Assembly: GCA_965203555.1 (NCBI GenBank)
Contig: CBDBCY010000004.1
Location: 224,001-288,000, forward strand
DNA: 64,000 bases
Reading direction: 5' to 3'
Source: Acidimicrobiia bacterium
Lineage (GTDB): Bacteria > Actinomycetota > Acidimicrobiia > Spongiisociales > ZC4RG35
Shown: positions 18,946 to 29,254 of the stretch, piece by piece
How positions within the stretch are numbered: position 1 is the first letter of the stretch
How the letters are laid out: each line of letters opens with the position of its first letter
Made by a program: the position numbers and the translations under genes
The notes under the pieces: generated by a model
Told to the model about the DNA's origin: nothing
The model's database searches: none
Seen by the model: the letters and a program-made list of their open reading frames with translations, nothing else

Positions 18946-21774
18946 ATGAACTCTCGTGAGCCGGTCTCTGTGGAGAGTTCTGGGTTGTACCGTTTCTTCA
19001 CAAGGGGACATGTTCGCGTCTCTCTAGTTGATGGACGACTTCGCCTGGAGAGGCAGGCGGGACGTGGGGCGGAGGAGTTAGGCGTCCGAGCGATCCACGA
19101 CATAACGGTTCGTCGTTCCTTGTTCCGAACGCGGTTGACAATCCACAGGTCAGATAACACCCGGTGCTCGATAGGTGGACTTGACCAGCAGGCCGCTGCC
19201 GGATTCCGCGTTGCTGTCCTGGAGACCGCCGGGCGGTATGCCTCCGAACTGGGTCCGCGTCTGGAGAAACTCGGAAGGTACCTGGACTTGGTCTGGGCTG
19301 GCGGCACCTATTTCAGGCATTCGGAGTCCCGCAAGTTTCATGAGGATCTGGTGTCGGCGGTCCACCAATCCGGCGGGCTGGTGCGGAACCGCCTCGGGCG
19401 GGGAGCGAGAGCTGCGTTTGTTCGGCTTGCCCCGCTCGAGTCCGCCCAGCGGTTCGAAGCGGAGCGGGCAAAGGCGAACAGGCATTTCATTGAGGTGACC
19501 ATCCCCTGGGTGAAAGAGGTATCCCGTTCGGTTCTCTCTCATCCGCTCACAGACGAGCAAGCAGAGGCGATCGCCACCGGCGAGGATGTAACCCTCGTGT
19601 TAGCTGGTGCGGGAACAGGCAAGACCGCGACCATCGTGGGCAAGGTCGCCCATCTGGTTCGTAACGAGGGGGTAGATCCGGATCAGGTCTTGGTGCTGGC
19701 CTACAACCGCAGGGCCGCCGAGGAAATCCGTGAACGTCTTCCCTGGGACCTCTCTGGGGCGCAGGTTTCAACTTTCCACGCCTTCGGCCGAAGCATCATC
19801 GCCAAGTCCGGGCGAGCCCCTTCGGTATCGAAACTTGCCGGAGACCGACGTGCTTTCACCAGGGAGATTGAGACCATTCTCCAAGAGATCTTGACCGATC
19901 CCGGGCAGCCGGCTGATGTGACCAACTTCCTTCTTTACCACCATCGGCCCTATCGTTCGGCCTTCGACTTCAAGACGGTCGCCGTATACGAGGAGTGGGT
20001 GCGCACGGTCGAGTTGCGAACGTTGAACGGCGAGTTGGTCAAGAGCTTCGAGGAACTCGTCATTGCCAACTTTCTGGCCGAGCATGGCATCCGGTATGAG
20101 TACGAACATGATTACCCGGTTGACACAGCAACCGGGTCGCACCGGCAGTACCAGCCTGACTTCTATCTCCCGGACCACCGTATCTACATAGAGCATTTCG
20201 CTCTCAACGAACAGATGAGGCCCCCGGGTCACTGGAAGGGTTACGCGGAAGGCGTCATTTGGAAGAGGAGTATCCACCAACAATATGGGACCACACTGGT
20301 GGAGACGTACAGCTGGCAGTACCGCAAGGGTGTGCTGCTGAATGGCCTACGGGGAGAACTCGAAGATAGAGGCGTCAGGCTGCACCCTATCCCGCGCCAG
20401 AGGCTACTCGGGGAACTGGTCAGACAGCTGGTTTCGTGGCTCTCTCAACTACTGTCCACATTCCTGAACCACGTCAAGACCAGCGGTCTGACATCGGACC
20501 AATTGCGGAAGCGTGCCCGTCAACGCCAAGATCATCTACGCTGCCGAAGCTTCCTGGGCCTCTTCGACGTGGTAAGTGAACGCTACGAGCGGCTGCTTGC
20601 AGATGAGCAGGCCGTGGATTTCCACGACCTAATCAATCGCGCGGTGATCCAGCTGCGACAAGGATTAGAAACCCCCGGGTTCCGCCATGTCTTGGTCGAC
20701 GAGTTCCAGGACATCTCCAGAGGCCGGATGGCGCTCCTCCAGGCACTCGCACAGTTCAATGTGGCATGGTTCCTCGTCGGTGACGACTGGCAATCCATCT
20801 ACCGCTTCGCCGGTAGCGATGTGGGTCTCGTGCGTAACTGCCGCACCTACCTCGGTCACACCAAGGAACAGACCCTAAGCCAGACCTTCCGATTCGGGCA
20901 CCGTATCCTCGGCCCGTCGACCGCGTTTGTGCAGCGCAACCCGGAACAGACGCAAAGGCCACTGCGTTCAAGCAGGCGCGGAGGCGACATTGGGATCAGC
21001 GTCGTAGTCGAGGCAGACTCTTCCCGCGGGGTCCAACGCGCCCTTGAGCACATCGAGACGCTCGGAGGAGGTGAACGCCGGACAGTGCTTGTCCTCGGCC
21101 GTTATGGCTTCAGCCGGGAGGTCCTCCCGCCGCTCCGACCATACCGGTCTCTGAAGGTGCGGTTCAGTACTGTGCACAGCGCAAAAGGGGAAGAGGCCGA
21201 CTACGTGGTGGTGGTGGACCTGAAGGATGACCGGATGGGATTCCCGTGCCGTCTCGAGGACGACCCGTTGCTGGACTTGGTGCTGCCCCCTCTGCACGGA
21301 GAGGCATTCCCGTTCGCCGAGGAGCGGCGTCTCTTCTATGTAGCCATGACGCGGGCGCGTTTCGGAACCTATCTGATCACGGATCCTGTACGACCGTCGA
21401 CGTTCGTCACGGAGTTGCTCCGCGAGTCCGAAGACCTATCACAACTCGGGCATCTCGCCCCGAATTGTGCACGTTGCCGCAGCGGCCGTCTGATCCCGTC
21501 CCAAACCGGTAGGAACCTGCGCTGCGCGAACCATCCAACCTGCGACTACCTGGCGCCCCGGTGCAACAGTTGCAACACCGGCTACTCGTTGGTTATGGGG
21601 AAGTCTGGAAGGCCCAAATGCAGCAATACGTCCTGCGGTCACCGTCCGAGGGCCTGCCCACAGTGCAGGATTGGCGTATTGGTGGAGAAGAAGGGCAGAT
21701 ACGGACGCTTCCGAGGATGCTCCAGATACTGGGCCGAACCGTCCTGCAAGCACACGGAGAAAATCGCTGGCTGA
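18946..21774 (+). CDS. UvrD/helicase IV-like SF1 helicase with an inserted nuclease-like segment and C-terminal zinc ribbons
   Basis: LAGAGTGKT, STFHAFG, VDEFQD, VGDDWQSIYRF, STVHSAKG, EERRLFYVAMTRA; internal YQPDFYL...IYIEHF; C-terminal Cys clusters ending GRFRGCSRY. Confidence 0.88.
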   Translation: MNSREPVSVESSGLYRFFTRGHVRVSLVDGRLRLERQAGRGAEELGVRAIHDITVRRSLFRTRLTIHRSDNTRCSIGGLDQQAAAGFRVAVLETAGRYASELGPRLEKLGRYLDLVWAGGTYFRHSESRKFHEDLVSAVHQSGGLVRNRLGRGARAAFVRLAPLESAQRFEAERAKANRHFIEVTIPWVKEVSRSVLSHPLTDEQAEAIATGEDVTLVLAGAGTGKTATIVGKVAHLVRNEGVDPDQVLVLAYNRRAAEEIRERLPWDLSGAQVSTFHAFGRSIIAKSGRAPSVSKLAGDRRAFTREIETILQEILTDPGQPADVTNFLLYHHRPYRSAFDFKTVAVYEEWVRTVELRTLNGELVKSFEELVIANFLAEHGIRYEYEHDYPVDTATGSHRQYQPDFYLPDHRIYIEHFALNEQMRPPGHWKGYAEGVIWKRSIHQQYGTTLVETYSWQYRKGVLLNGLRGELEDRGVRLHPIPRQRLLGELVRQLVSWLSQLLSTFLNHVKTSGLTSDQLRKRARQRQDHLRCRSFLGLFDVVSERYERLLADEQAVDFHDLINRAVIQLRQGLETPGFRHVLVDEFQDISRGRMALLQALAQFNVAWFLVGDDWQSIYRFAGSDVGLVRNCRTYLGHTKEQTLSQTFRFGHRILGPSTAFVQRNPEQTQRPLRSSRRGGDIGISVVVEADSSRGVQRALEHIETLGGGERRTVLVLGRYGFSREVLPPLRPYRSLKVRFSTVHSAKGEEADYVVVVDLKDDRMGFPCRLEDDPLLDLVLPPLHGEAFPFAEERRLFYVAMTRARFGTYLITDPVRPSTFVTELLRESEDLSQLGHLAPNCARCRSGRLIPSQTGRNLRCANHPTCDYLAPRCNSCNTGYSLVMGKSGRPKCSNTSCGHRPRACPQCRIGVLVEKKGRYGRFRGCSRYWAEPSCKHTEKIAG

Positions 21775-21849
21775 TGCACCCGTCTGTTACCGCGGATAAC
21801 CCCACCCGCAGGGGCAGGTCAAACCAGTACGAGTGGGGTGTGGGTCAAA

Positions 21850-22157
21850 GGAGCGCACCGGACCCAAAGTGGAGCCTCACCCGGCAGCTGTCCGGGGATC
21901 TCCAGGACTGATCACTACCACCAGAAAGTGAACCGTCTCGGGCGTACGATCGCTCGTTGGGCCACCCAGATCACGAACACTCTGGCACCACTCCGCCGTG
22001 ACCAACGGACTCACAGAGGGTCTGAACAACCTGATCAAGCGAGCAGCGTTCGGGTTTCGGAGCTTCACCAACTACAGAATCCGAGCATTCCTATACGCCG
22101 GAAATCCCAACTGGAAACTCCTTGCCACCATCACTCCCCGTTGAAATCCGAAGAGCC
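21850..22157 (+). mobile_element. ISL3-family transposase 3' remnant with right end
   Basis: Across frames: RLGRTIARWATQITN, TNGLTEGLNNLIKR, FGFRSFTNYRIRAFLYAG; ends in gaaatccgaagagcc, an ISL3-type terminus. Confidence 0.82.
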
Positions 22158-22248
22158 TGTTAACGAAGGGCCTGCCACCACCTAAGATCCCTTCCAGGCA
22201 ACTCCGCTCCCACCATTCCCTTGATTGAGAATGATCTCGCGAAGTCGA

Positions 22249-24057
22249 CTAATTTGGTTCTGTGATAAGCAACTCTTCTATTGCATTGTAGAAGGTGCGC
22301 TGCCGCTCCAGAGTGAAGTCTTCAAAGTCACTTATCCCGAACGGTGTACGGAGCAAAATCTCTAAAGCCGTCTCGGTGATAAAGTGCGACGCAAGGGTCG
22401 CGCGAACCGTTTCTTCGCCGTTGTTCTGGATGAGTTCCGGCAAGTATTCGTTTGGCAGTCGATCGCCGATGACGTGCCGGTTTGTGTTGGCGGTCAAAGG
22501 TGTGCGATTAAGAATCGAGTCAATCTTGACACCGAGCCCTTCTGTCCTTCCCCACCTCTGAGGCACGATGTGGTGGTCATCAAGCACTCCATGTTGGGGG
22601 ACAGCTCCAGTAATCCAATCCTTGGCTCCTCTTATAACGAGAAGATTGAAAAGCCCGTTATAGATAGATGTCCCTCGTCTTGTCTCTCGATGAAGCTCCA
22701 GTTCGCGGAAATCTCGCGTAAACTCAGAAATCAGGGCCGGTTCCGCCTCGTCACTTTCGAACCACTGACAAAGATCTCCGTAATCACGGGCTGCTGTGGA
22801 TTCAACTGCGCCTGAGTAGCGACGTGTGAAAACACTTGCCCAATACCAAAGTCTGATCTTTTTTTGTGCGTCAAGGTGACGATAAGGATCATTCTGGGAC
22901 GCTGCAGTCTGCAAAGCAGAAAAGGCAGGGACAATAGAGACATACGGAAGGTATCTTGAAAGAGTTGCTCCGAATTCCTGTGGATGCTGAAGCAACTTCA
23001 GACTACTCTCAATTGACTCCACTGCGGTATCCCAAAGCTGACTGAATTCATCAACATCACTTACCAGGATGATAGTTTTAAGAGTGCCGTCGGGCTCGCG
23101 CACCTTCTTCTTATGCCCTGGTAGTAAATAGTAAAGGTAATGCGGGGAGCAGTATTGTTGTCGAAGTATCGACATAACTTGTAGCACGTACACATTCATG
23201 CGTCCTGTCTCAACAAAATCAAGACGCTCCTTAGCGGCTCGCCACATATGCTTAAGTTGGAGACCTTTTGGTTTGAGCATGGCGTTCATTAAATCAAATA
23301 CATCCAGCCTAACACCTTTACTGTTGACTTGAGTAAAAATGTCGCATACCTTCGAAAGCTCTAGATCTTGGTCAAGCTCAATGTATGATACTTGATATTG
23401 TTGCTGAAGGTCGTGGAGGTAGATCCCGAATTGTTTGGCATCTTTGGCTCGTAGCTGTGCACGAGTTGCTAGATCTAGATCGCCACTTGCGTTCGCATCT
23501 TTGGCCTCTTTAGACCAATACGCCTCGTATTCCTGTACCCAGTTGGGCAAATCCCAGCCCTCTGCTCCGAAAATCCAGAGAGGAAATATGTGTTCTCTAA
23601 ACTGTTGTTGGCGATCCTTCATGAGCCTTGCAGTACCTCGCGTCCAGCCGTACGAGAAGGCTTCATCATAGTCCTCACTCATAAACCGGTCCACATGAAC
23701 ATAGTAGTAATAGCGATTGCGCCGATTAGGCAGATGTAGGTCTGGGGCAACGAAGGTATAGTAGATAGCAGTGAGGCGTTGCTGGCCGTCAAGGACAATG
23801 TGACGCGGATCTTCACTGTTGCTGGAGAATCCATAAACTGGTTCACATGCTAAAGCTCCAAAAGTCTCAGTCTTTCCCTTCCAGAGCAAGAGGCTGCCAA
23901 TAAAGTAGTCAAGGAAAATGGAACGCATGAGGTCGCGTATATCCCAGGGTTGCCATTCGAACTCCCTTTGAAAGTCCGGGATAACAAAGCTGCCTTCTCG
24001 AAGCTTCTTTATGAGGGGACCAAGACTAATGTGATTAGGTTTTTGTGCGTCTTTCAT
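22249..24057 (-). CDS. GmrSD-like DUF262 + HNH (DUF1524-type) modification-dependent restriction protein
   Basis: IPDFQREFEW, LDGQQRLT, FTQVNSKG and C-terminal DDHHIVP...ILNRTPLTANTN; visibly more AT-rich than its flanks. Confidence 0.88.
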   Translation of the reverse strand: MKDAQKPNHISLGPLIKKLREGSFVIPDFQREFEWQPWDIRDLMRSIFLDYFIGSLLLWKGKTETFGALACEPVYGFSSNSEDPRHIVLDGQQRLTAIYYTFVAPDLHLPNRRNRYYYYVHVDRFMSEDYDEAFSYGWTRGTARLMKDRQQQFREHIFPLWIFGAEGWDLPNWVQEYEAYWSKEAKDANASGDLDLATRAQLRAKDAKQFGIYLHDLQQQYQVSYIELDQDLELSKVCDIFTQVNSKGVRLDVFDLMNAMLKPKGLQLKHMWRAAKERLDFVETGRMNVYVLQVMSILRQQYCSPHYLYYLLPGHKKKVREPDGTLKTIILVSDVDEFSQLWDTAVESIESSLKLLQHPQEFGATLSRYLPYVSIVPAFSALQTAASQNDPYRHLDAQKKIRLWYWASVFTRRYSGAVESTAARDYGDLCQWFESDEAEPALISEFTRDFRELELHRETRRGTSIYNGLFNLLVIRGAKDWITGAVPQHGVLDDHHIVPQRWGRTEGLGVKIDSILNRTPLTANTNRHVIGDRLPNEYLPELIQNNGEETVRATLASHFITETALEILLRTPFGISDFEDFTLERQRTFYNAIEELLITEPN

Positions 24058-24208
24058 ATGATGTCCTTGGCGATTTAGTATTGCGCCCCTCTCTTAATGT
24101 GGGGCGTAGCGGAGTATACGTAGAGAGTGGCGCTGTGCTAGATACGATCGTGACGCTGCCAGGAGCCCCAAATATAGCAGCGTTTCGGGATGCTCGAACC
24201 GACTGAAC

Positions 24209-25387
24209 TCACCACCCGTTCTGTGGAGACGGGACTTGGAAGTCGGAGCCGAGCGTCCGCCATATCATCGGGACGCCGGGGCGGTAGGCGAGGTGATGGC
24301 GGGTTGGGGCGTTGAGGATGGTGAGGTGGGCTGGGCCTTCGGGGGCTAGGCGACCGACGTCGGTTCGGCGTAAGGCGGCGGCGGCGCCGGTGGTTGCTGC
24401 TGCTATGGCTTCGTCGATGGTCATGTTCATATCGCGGACAGCCAGGGCGATGCAGAAGGAGATGGAGGTGGTGTAGCTCGAGCCGGGGTTGCAGTTGGAG
24501 GCGATGGCCACTTGGACTCCGGCGTCGATGGCGCGGCGGGCGTTGGGGTAGGGCTGGCGGGTGGAGAAGTCGGCGGCGGGGAGGAAGGTGGCTACGGTGT
24601 CGCTGGCGGCGAGCATCTCGATGTCTTGGTCGGAAAGGTAGGTGCAATGGTCTACGGAGGCACAGCCCATCTCCACGCCGAGGCGGACCCCGGGTCCGTA
24701 GTGGAGTTGGTTGGCGTGGAGGCGTAAACCCAAGCCTGCCCGCCTTCCGGCTTCGAGGACCGCTCTCGATTGATCGACGTCAAAGGCGCCGGTCTCGCAG
24801 AACACATCGATCCAGCGCACATGGGGGCGGACCGCATCGAGCATGGGCCCGCAGACCAACTCGGTGTAGTCGTCGGCGCGTCCCTGGTACTCGCTCGGTA
24901 CGACATGGGCGCCCAGGAAGGTGGTCTCGGTGGTCACTTCGGCTGCCAGGGAGGTGGTCAGGGCTTCGGATTCGACCGACAGTCCATAGCCCGACTTGAT
25001 CTCCACGGTTGTGGTGCCCGCCCGGTGTGCCTCGATGAGCCGCCGATCTAGTGCCGATCTCAGGGCCTTCCGGCTGGCGGCGCGGGTGGCTTCGGTGGTG
25101 ACCCGGATCCCTCCTCCGTCGTAGGGTTCGCCGGCCATGCGACGGGTGAACTCCTCGGCGCGGTCACCGGCGAAGACCAGGTGGGTGTGGGAGTCGACGA
25201 ATCCGGGTAGCACACACCGACCCCCGACGTCGAGACGTTCATCGGCCAACGCGCCGGTCGGGCAGATGGCGATTACCTGGTCGTCGTCGATCACTACGGA
25301 GGCGTTCTTGACGATCCCGAGCGCTCCCTCTCCCAGGGCGGGGATGTTGGTGATCAACTCGCCGATGTTGTCGACCACCAGGGTCAT
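24209..25387 (-). CDS. hutI: Imidazolonepropionase
   Basis: PGFVDSHTHLVFAGDRAEEF, GTTTVEIKSGYGL, DVFCETGAF and SNCNPGSS; start MTLVVDN overlaps the hutF stop. Confidence 0.95.
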   Translation of the reverse strand: MTLVVDNIGELITNIPALGEGALGIVKNASVVIDDDQVIAICPTGALADERLDVGGRCVLPGFVDSHTHLVFAGDRAEEFTRRMAGEPYDGGGIRVTTEATRAASRKALRSALDRRLIEAHRAGTTTVEIKSGYGLSVESEALTTSLAAEVTTETTFLGAHVVPSEYQGRADDYTELVCGPMLDAVRPHVRWIDVFCETGAFDVDQSRAVLEAGRRAGLGLRLHANQLHYGPGVRLGVEMGCASVDHCTYLSDQDIEMLAASDTVATFLPAADFSTRQPYPNARRAIDAGVQVAIASNCNPGSSYTTSISFCIALAVRDMNMTIDEAIAAATTGAAAALRRTDVGRLAPEGPAHLTILNAPTRHHLAYRPGVPMIWRTLGSDFQVPSPQNGW

Positions 25388-26748
25388 GAGGTCATCAACT
25401 TGGGGATGATGGAGTCGAGTTCGGAGGCAACATTGATCGAGACGTGGGTCCCGTCGACCACGACCGGCGCTCCCCCCACCACCAGGTGACGGACATCGGC
25501 GCTCGATGCGGCGAAGATCGCCGAAGCGAGTGCATTGGCGGCGTCGGCGCCGGCGAGGCGCACCGAGTCGAGACCCAGAGTGGCGAAGTCGGCCAGGGAA
25601 CCCGGCGTGAGAGCGCCTCCCTCGGTCCATCCCAGCGACAGGTAGCCGTTTCGGGTGGCCATGTCGGCCAGGGCTTCGAGCGAGTGCACCCCCCGCTCGA
25701 GTTTGGTGACACGCTGGCCCATCTCGACTGCCCGGGTCTCCTCGAAGAGATCGACGATGGCATGGGAGTCCGAACCCACGCAGAGGCGGGCGCCGGCGGC
25801 CGCCAGTGCCTCGCTCGGGCCGATGCCGTCGGCCAGATCGCGTTCGGTTGTCGGGCAGAGACAGACGTTCGCTCCGGCCTCGCCGACCAGGGAGATGTCT
25901 TCTTCCGAGACATGCGTGGCGTGGACCAGCGTTGTCTGGGGACCCAGACCGCCCGCATCGGCCATCACCCCGATCGGGGTTCGCCCATGAACCTCGAGGC
26001 ACCCCCGGTTCTCGGCGGGCTGCTCGGAGATGTGGACGTGGAGCGGCGCGCGGTTTTCGGCAGCCCAACGCGCCGCGGTCCTGATAGACGTAGGGTCCAC
26101 GGCGCGCACCGAGTGGACAGCCGCGCTCACCGAGGTGTTCGAGCCCGAGATGGCGGTGGCCAGGTCGTCCACCCGGTCCGCCCATGCCTCGGCGGAGCCG
26201 TCGGAGAAGCGGGCTTGTTCCTCTGACAGGGGTGCGTACCCGGATGCCGTCCCGGGAGCAAAGCCACCGTGGAGGTAGAGGGTGTCGAGGAGGGTGAGGC
26301 GGATGCCGGCGTCGGTGGCCGCTGCCGCCAGTGAGGCTCCCATGGCGTTGGGGTCGTCGTAGGCGCCCCCGCCGGGACGGTGGTGGACGTAGTGGAATTC
26401 GCCCACCACGCCGATTCCGGCCATGGCCATCTCGGCGAAGACCGCCCGGGCAAGTCGGTAGTAGTTGTCGGGATCGAGGCCGGAAGAAACCCGGTACATG
26501 AGGTCCCGCCAGGTCCAGAACGTGCTCCGCTCGCCCTGGGTTCGGCTCCGGAGTGCCCGGTGGAAAGCATGGCTGTGCGCGTTGGCCAGCGCCGGAATCG
26601 TCAGTCCTCGCAGCTGTGTGGCGCCCGGGGGAGGAGCGCTGTGCCCGGAGGTCACCGCGCAGATGCCACCCTGATCGACTTCGATCACCACTCCCGGTGC
26701 AGCTTCCGGACCACCCAGCCAGGCCAGTTCGCACCAGTAGACGGTCAC
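25384..26748 (-). CDS. hutF: Formimidoylglutamate deiminase
   Basis: LANAHSHAFHRAL, FWTWRDLMY, VGEFHYVHH, HSVRAV, HVHISEQ, CPTTERDLADG and GSDSH. Confidence 0.95.
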   Translation of the reverse strand: MTVYWCELAWLGGPEAAPGVVIEVDQGGICAVTSGHSAPPPGATQLRGLTIPALANAHSHAFHRALRSRTQGERSTFWTWRDLMYRVSSGLDPDNYYRLARAVFAEMAMAGIGVVGEFHYVHHRPGGGAYDDPNAMGASLAAAATDAGIRLTLLDTLYLHGGFAPGTASGYAPLSEEQARFSDGSAEAWADRVDDLATAISGSNTSVSAAVHSVRAVDPTSIRTAARWAAENRAPLHVHISEQPAENRGCLEVHGRTPIGVMADAGGLGPQTTLVHATHVSEEDISLVGEAGANVCLCPTTERDLADGIGPSEALAAAGARLCVGSDSHAIVDLFEETRAVEMGQRVTKLERGVHSLEALADMATRNGYLSLGWTEGGALTPGSLADFATLGLDSVRLAGADAANALASAIFAASSADVRHLVVGGAPVVVDGTHVSINVASELDSIIPKLMTS

Positions 26749-27314
26749 GATCCGACCTCTCGGACGAAGCGGGTGATGCGCTCGACGAAGGCGTCCTGGT
26801 GGTGGGTCCTGAACTGCTCCCAGGTCGCGAGCGTCCTGGGGTCGATCCGATCGACCACCAGGATGCCGTTGAGGTGGTCACACTCGTGCTGCCAGGTGCC
26901 GGCGGTGAGTCCCCGCACCACCCGTTGGTGGTCGACGCCCTCGCGATCGGTGTATCGGACCGCAAGGTTGACCGAGCGGACCAGTTCGCCTCTCAACGGC
27001 ACCGACAGGCATCCCTCGTTGATGACCACCTTCTCGTCGTCCATGACTTCGAGTTCCGGATTGATGGCCACCGTCAGGGGCACGGGGGGCTTGTAGGGGT
27101 AGCGAGGGTTGTCCTTCACCTCGATGGTGAGGACCCGGTCGGTCTCTCCTATCTGGTTGGCGGCTATGCCCGCCCCGTTGGCGTGGCGCATGGTGTCGAT
27201 GAGATCGTCGATGAGGCACTGGATTCGCGGGCTGGAGATGTCCGAACGCGGCACCGGCGTGGTCCTGGTCCGCAAGGTGGGATGGCCGATGGGGAGAATG
27301 GGGCGGACGGTCAT
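26745..27314 (-). CDS. def: Peptide deformylase family protein inside the hut operon
   Basis: All three PDF motifs are intact: GAGIAANQIG, EGCLSV and QHECDHLNG; stop overlaps the hutF start (GTGA). Confidence 0.93.
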   Translation of the reverse strand: MTVRPILPIGHPTLRTRTTPVPRSDISSPRIQCLIDDLIDTMRHANGAGIAANQIGETDRVLTIEVKDNPRYPYKPPVPLTVAINPELEVMDDEKVVINEGCLSVPLRGELVRSVNLAVRYTDREGVDHQRVVRGLTAGTWQHECDHLNGILVVDRIDPRTLATWEQFRTHHQDAFVERITRFVREVGS

Positions 27315-27447
27315 GGGGGTGGCCTGTGGCCGACGGCCGGCAACGTCCGGCAGGTGGGATGGCGGTGGGGGAGGGGCGACCGGAGAACAGCCGATCCGTG
27401 AACTTCGAGCGGGAGGCGCGGCCCGCCGGGCAGGCGGCTGGCGGCCA

Positions 27448-29139
27448 CTATCGCCGGGTCTTCTCCGCCATGGGTACGTGCACTCCCCGGTCGGCGGCGA
27501 CCCGGACGGCCTCGTCGTAGCCGGCGTCGACGTGGCGCATCACCCCGGTGGCCGGGTCGTTCAGAAGGACCCGCTCCAGCTTGGCGGCCGCCAGGTCGGT
27601 GCCGTCGGCGAGGCACACCTGGCCGGCGTGGATCGACCGGCCGATGCCGACGCCGCCGCCGTGGTGGATGCTCACCCAGGTGGCGCCCGAAGACGCATTG
27701 ACCAGGGCGTTGAGCAGTGGCCAGTCGGCGATGGCGTCGCTGCCGTCCGCCATGTCCTCGGTCTCCCGGTAGGGCGAAGCAACCGAGCCGGAGTCGAGAT
27801 GGTCGCGGCCGATGACGATGGGAGCGGAGATCTCCCCGGATCTGACCATCTCGTTGAAGCGAAGCCCCAGGCGATGGCGCTCGCCGTAACCGACCCAGCA
27901 GATCCGGGCCGGGAGACCCTGGAAGGCGACCCGTTCGCCGGCCAGGTTAATCCAGCGGGCAAGAGCCTCGTTCTCGGGGAACTCCTCGAGCACGGCCCGA
28001 TCGGTGGCGGCGATGTCCGCCGGGTCGCCGGACAGGGCCACCCAGCGAAAAGGCCCCTTGCCCTCGCAGAACAGCGGACGGATGTAGGCGGGTAGGAACC
28101 CGGGATAGTCGAAGGCGCGGTCGTATCCTCCCAGTGCGGCCTCGGCCCGGAGGCTGTTGCCGTAGTCGAACACCTCGGCGCCGGCGTCGAGGAACCCGAC
28201 CATAGCCTCCACATGGGTGGCCATGGCGTGGCGGGCCCGATCGATGTACTCGTCGGGCTTCTTGTCACGTATGTCATCGGCTTCCTCGAGGGAGAGATCG
28301 AGGGGGATATAGGTGAGCGGATCGTGCGCCGAGGTCTGATCGGTGACGATGTCGGCCGAGACCCCGTCGGCCAGGAGGCGCGGCAGCAGGTCGGCGGCGT
28401 TGCCGACCAGTCCCACCGAGAGGGCCCTCCGGGCGGAGACCGCTTCCCGGCAGCGACGGAGTGCGTCGTCGTAGTCGTCGGCCACCACGTCCAGGAACCG
28501 GGTCTCGACGCGGCGAGCCGCCCGGTGGGGGTCGACCTCGATGCAGAGTGCCACGCCGTCGTTCATGGTGATGGCCAGCGGTTGGGCGCCTCCCATGCCG
28601 CCCAGTCCGGCGGTGACGGTGAGGGTGCCTGCCAGAGACCCGTCGAAGCGCTTCCGGGCGATGGCGGCGAAACACTCGTATGTCCCCTGCAGGATGCCCT
28701 GGGTGCCGATGTATATCCACGAGCCGGCGGTCATCTGCCCGTACATGGTGAGACCGAGGTGCTCGAGGCGGCGGAACTCGTCCCAGGTGCCCCAGTCGGG
28801 GACCAGGTTGGAGTTGGCGATCAGGACCCTGGGCGCCCACTCATGGGTCCGGAGGACGCCGACCGGCTTGCCGGACTGCACCAGCATGGTCTCGTCGTCT
28901 TCGAGGGTGGTGAGTGTCCGGATCATGGCGTGGTAGGCGTCCCATGACCTGGCCGCCCGACCGGTCCCCCCGTAGACCACCAGGTCCGCGGGTCGCTCGG
29001 CGACCTCGGGATCGAGGTTGTTCTGGAGCATCCGGAAGGCGGCCTCCTGCGGCCACCCGCGGCAGGTCAACGACGTGCCCCTCGGGGAGCGGACGCCACC
29101 CGGCGGTGCGCCGGAACTGTGTTGGGCTATGGCGGTCAT
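27448..29139 (-). CDS. hutU: Urocanate hydratase
   Basis: [43 protein letters not shown] and [13 protein letters not shown]. Confidence 0.97.
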   Translation of the reverse strand: MTAIAQHSSGAPPGGVRSPRGTSLTCRGWPQEAAFRMLQNNLDPEVAERPADLVVYGGTGRAARSWDAYHAMIRTLTTLEDDETMLVQSGKPVGVLRTHEWAPRVLIANSNLVPDWGTWDEFRRLEHLGLTMYGQMTAGSWIYIGTQGILQGTYECFAAIARKRFDGSLAGTLTVTAGLGGMGGAQPLAITMNDGVALCIEVDPHRAARRVETRFLDVVADDYDDALRRCREAVSARRALSVGLVGNAADLLPRLLADGVSADIVTDQTSAHDPLTYIPLDLSLEEADDIRDKKPDEYIDRARHAMATHVEAMVGFLDAGAEVFDYGNSLRAEAALGGYDRAFDYPGFLPAYIRPLFCEGKGPFRWVALSGDPADIAATDRAVLEEFPENEALARWINLAGERVAFQGLPARICWVGYGERHRLGLRFNEMVRSGEISAPIVIGRDHLDSGSVASPYRETEDMADGSDAIADWPLLNALVNASSGATWVSIHHGGGVGIGRSIHAGQVCLADGTDLAAAKLERVLLNDPATGVMRHVDAGYDEAVRVAADRGVHVPMAEKTRR

Positions 29140-29239
29140 GGTGGCTTACCACATCAGCACGGTGGGTCGTTTACAGGTCCGGGCTGCTGGTTGCCATTAT
29201 ACCGATCGTGCATCTATCCTGTCATTTACTAGCAATACT

Positions 29240-29254
29240 TTTCATGCAGTGAAA
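29240..29254. promoter_or_regulatory. Candidate IclR-type operator
   Basis: Palindrome TTTCA-N5-TGAAA in the divergent hutU/regulator region. Confidence 0.45.

Noticed and set aside
24209-26965. 918 aa ORF as a large HutI fusion
   Set aside because: The N-terminal part is an off-frame read through hutF and def in GC-rich DNA; HutI starts at 25387.
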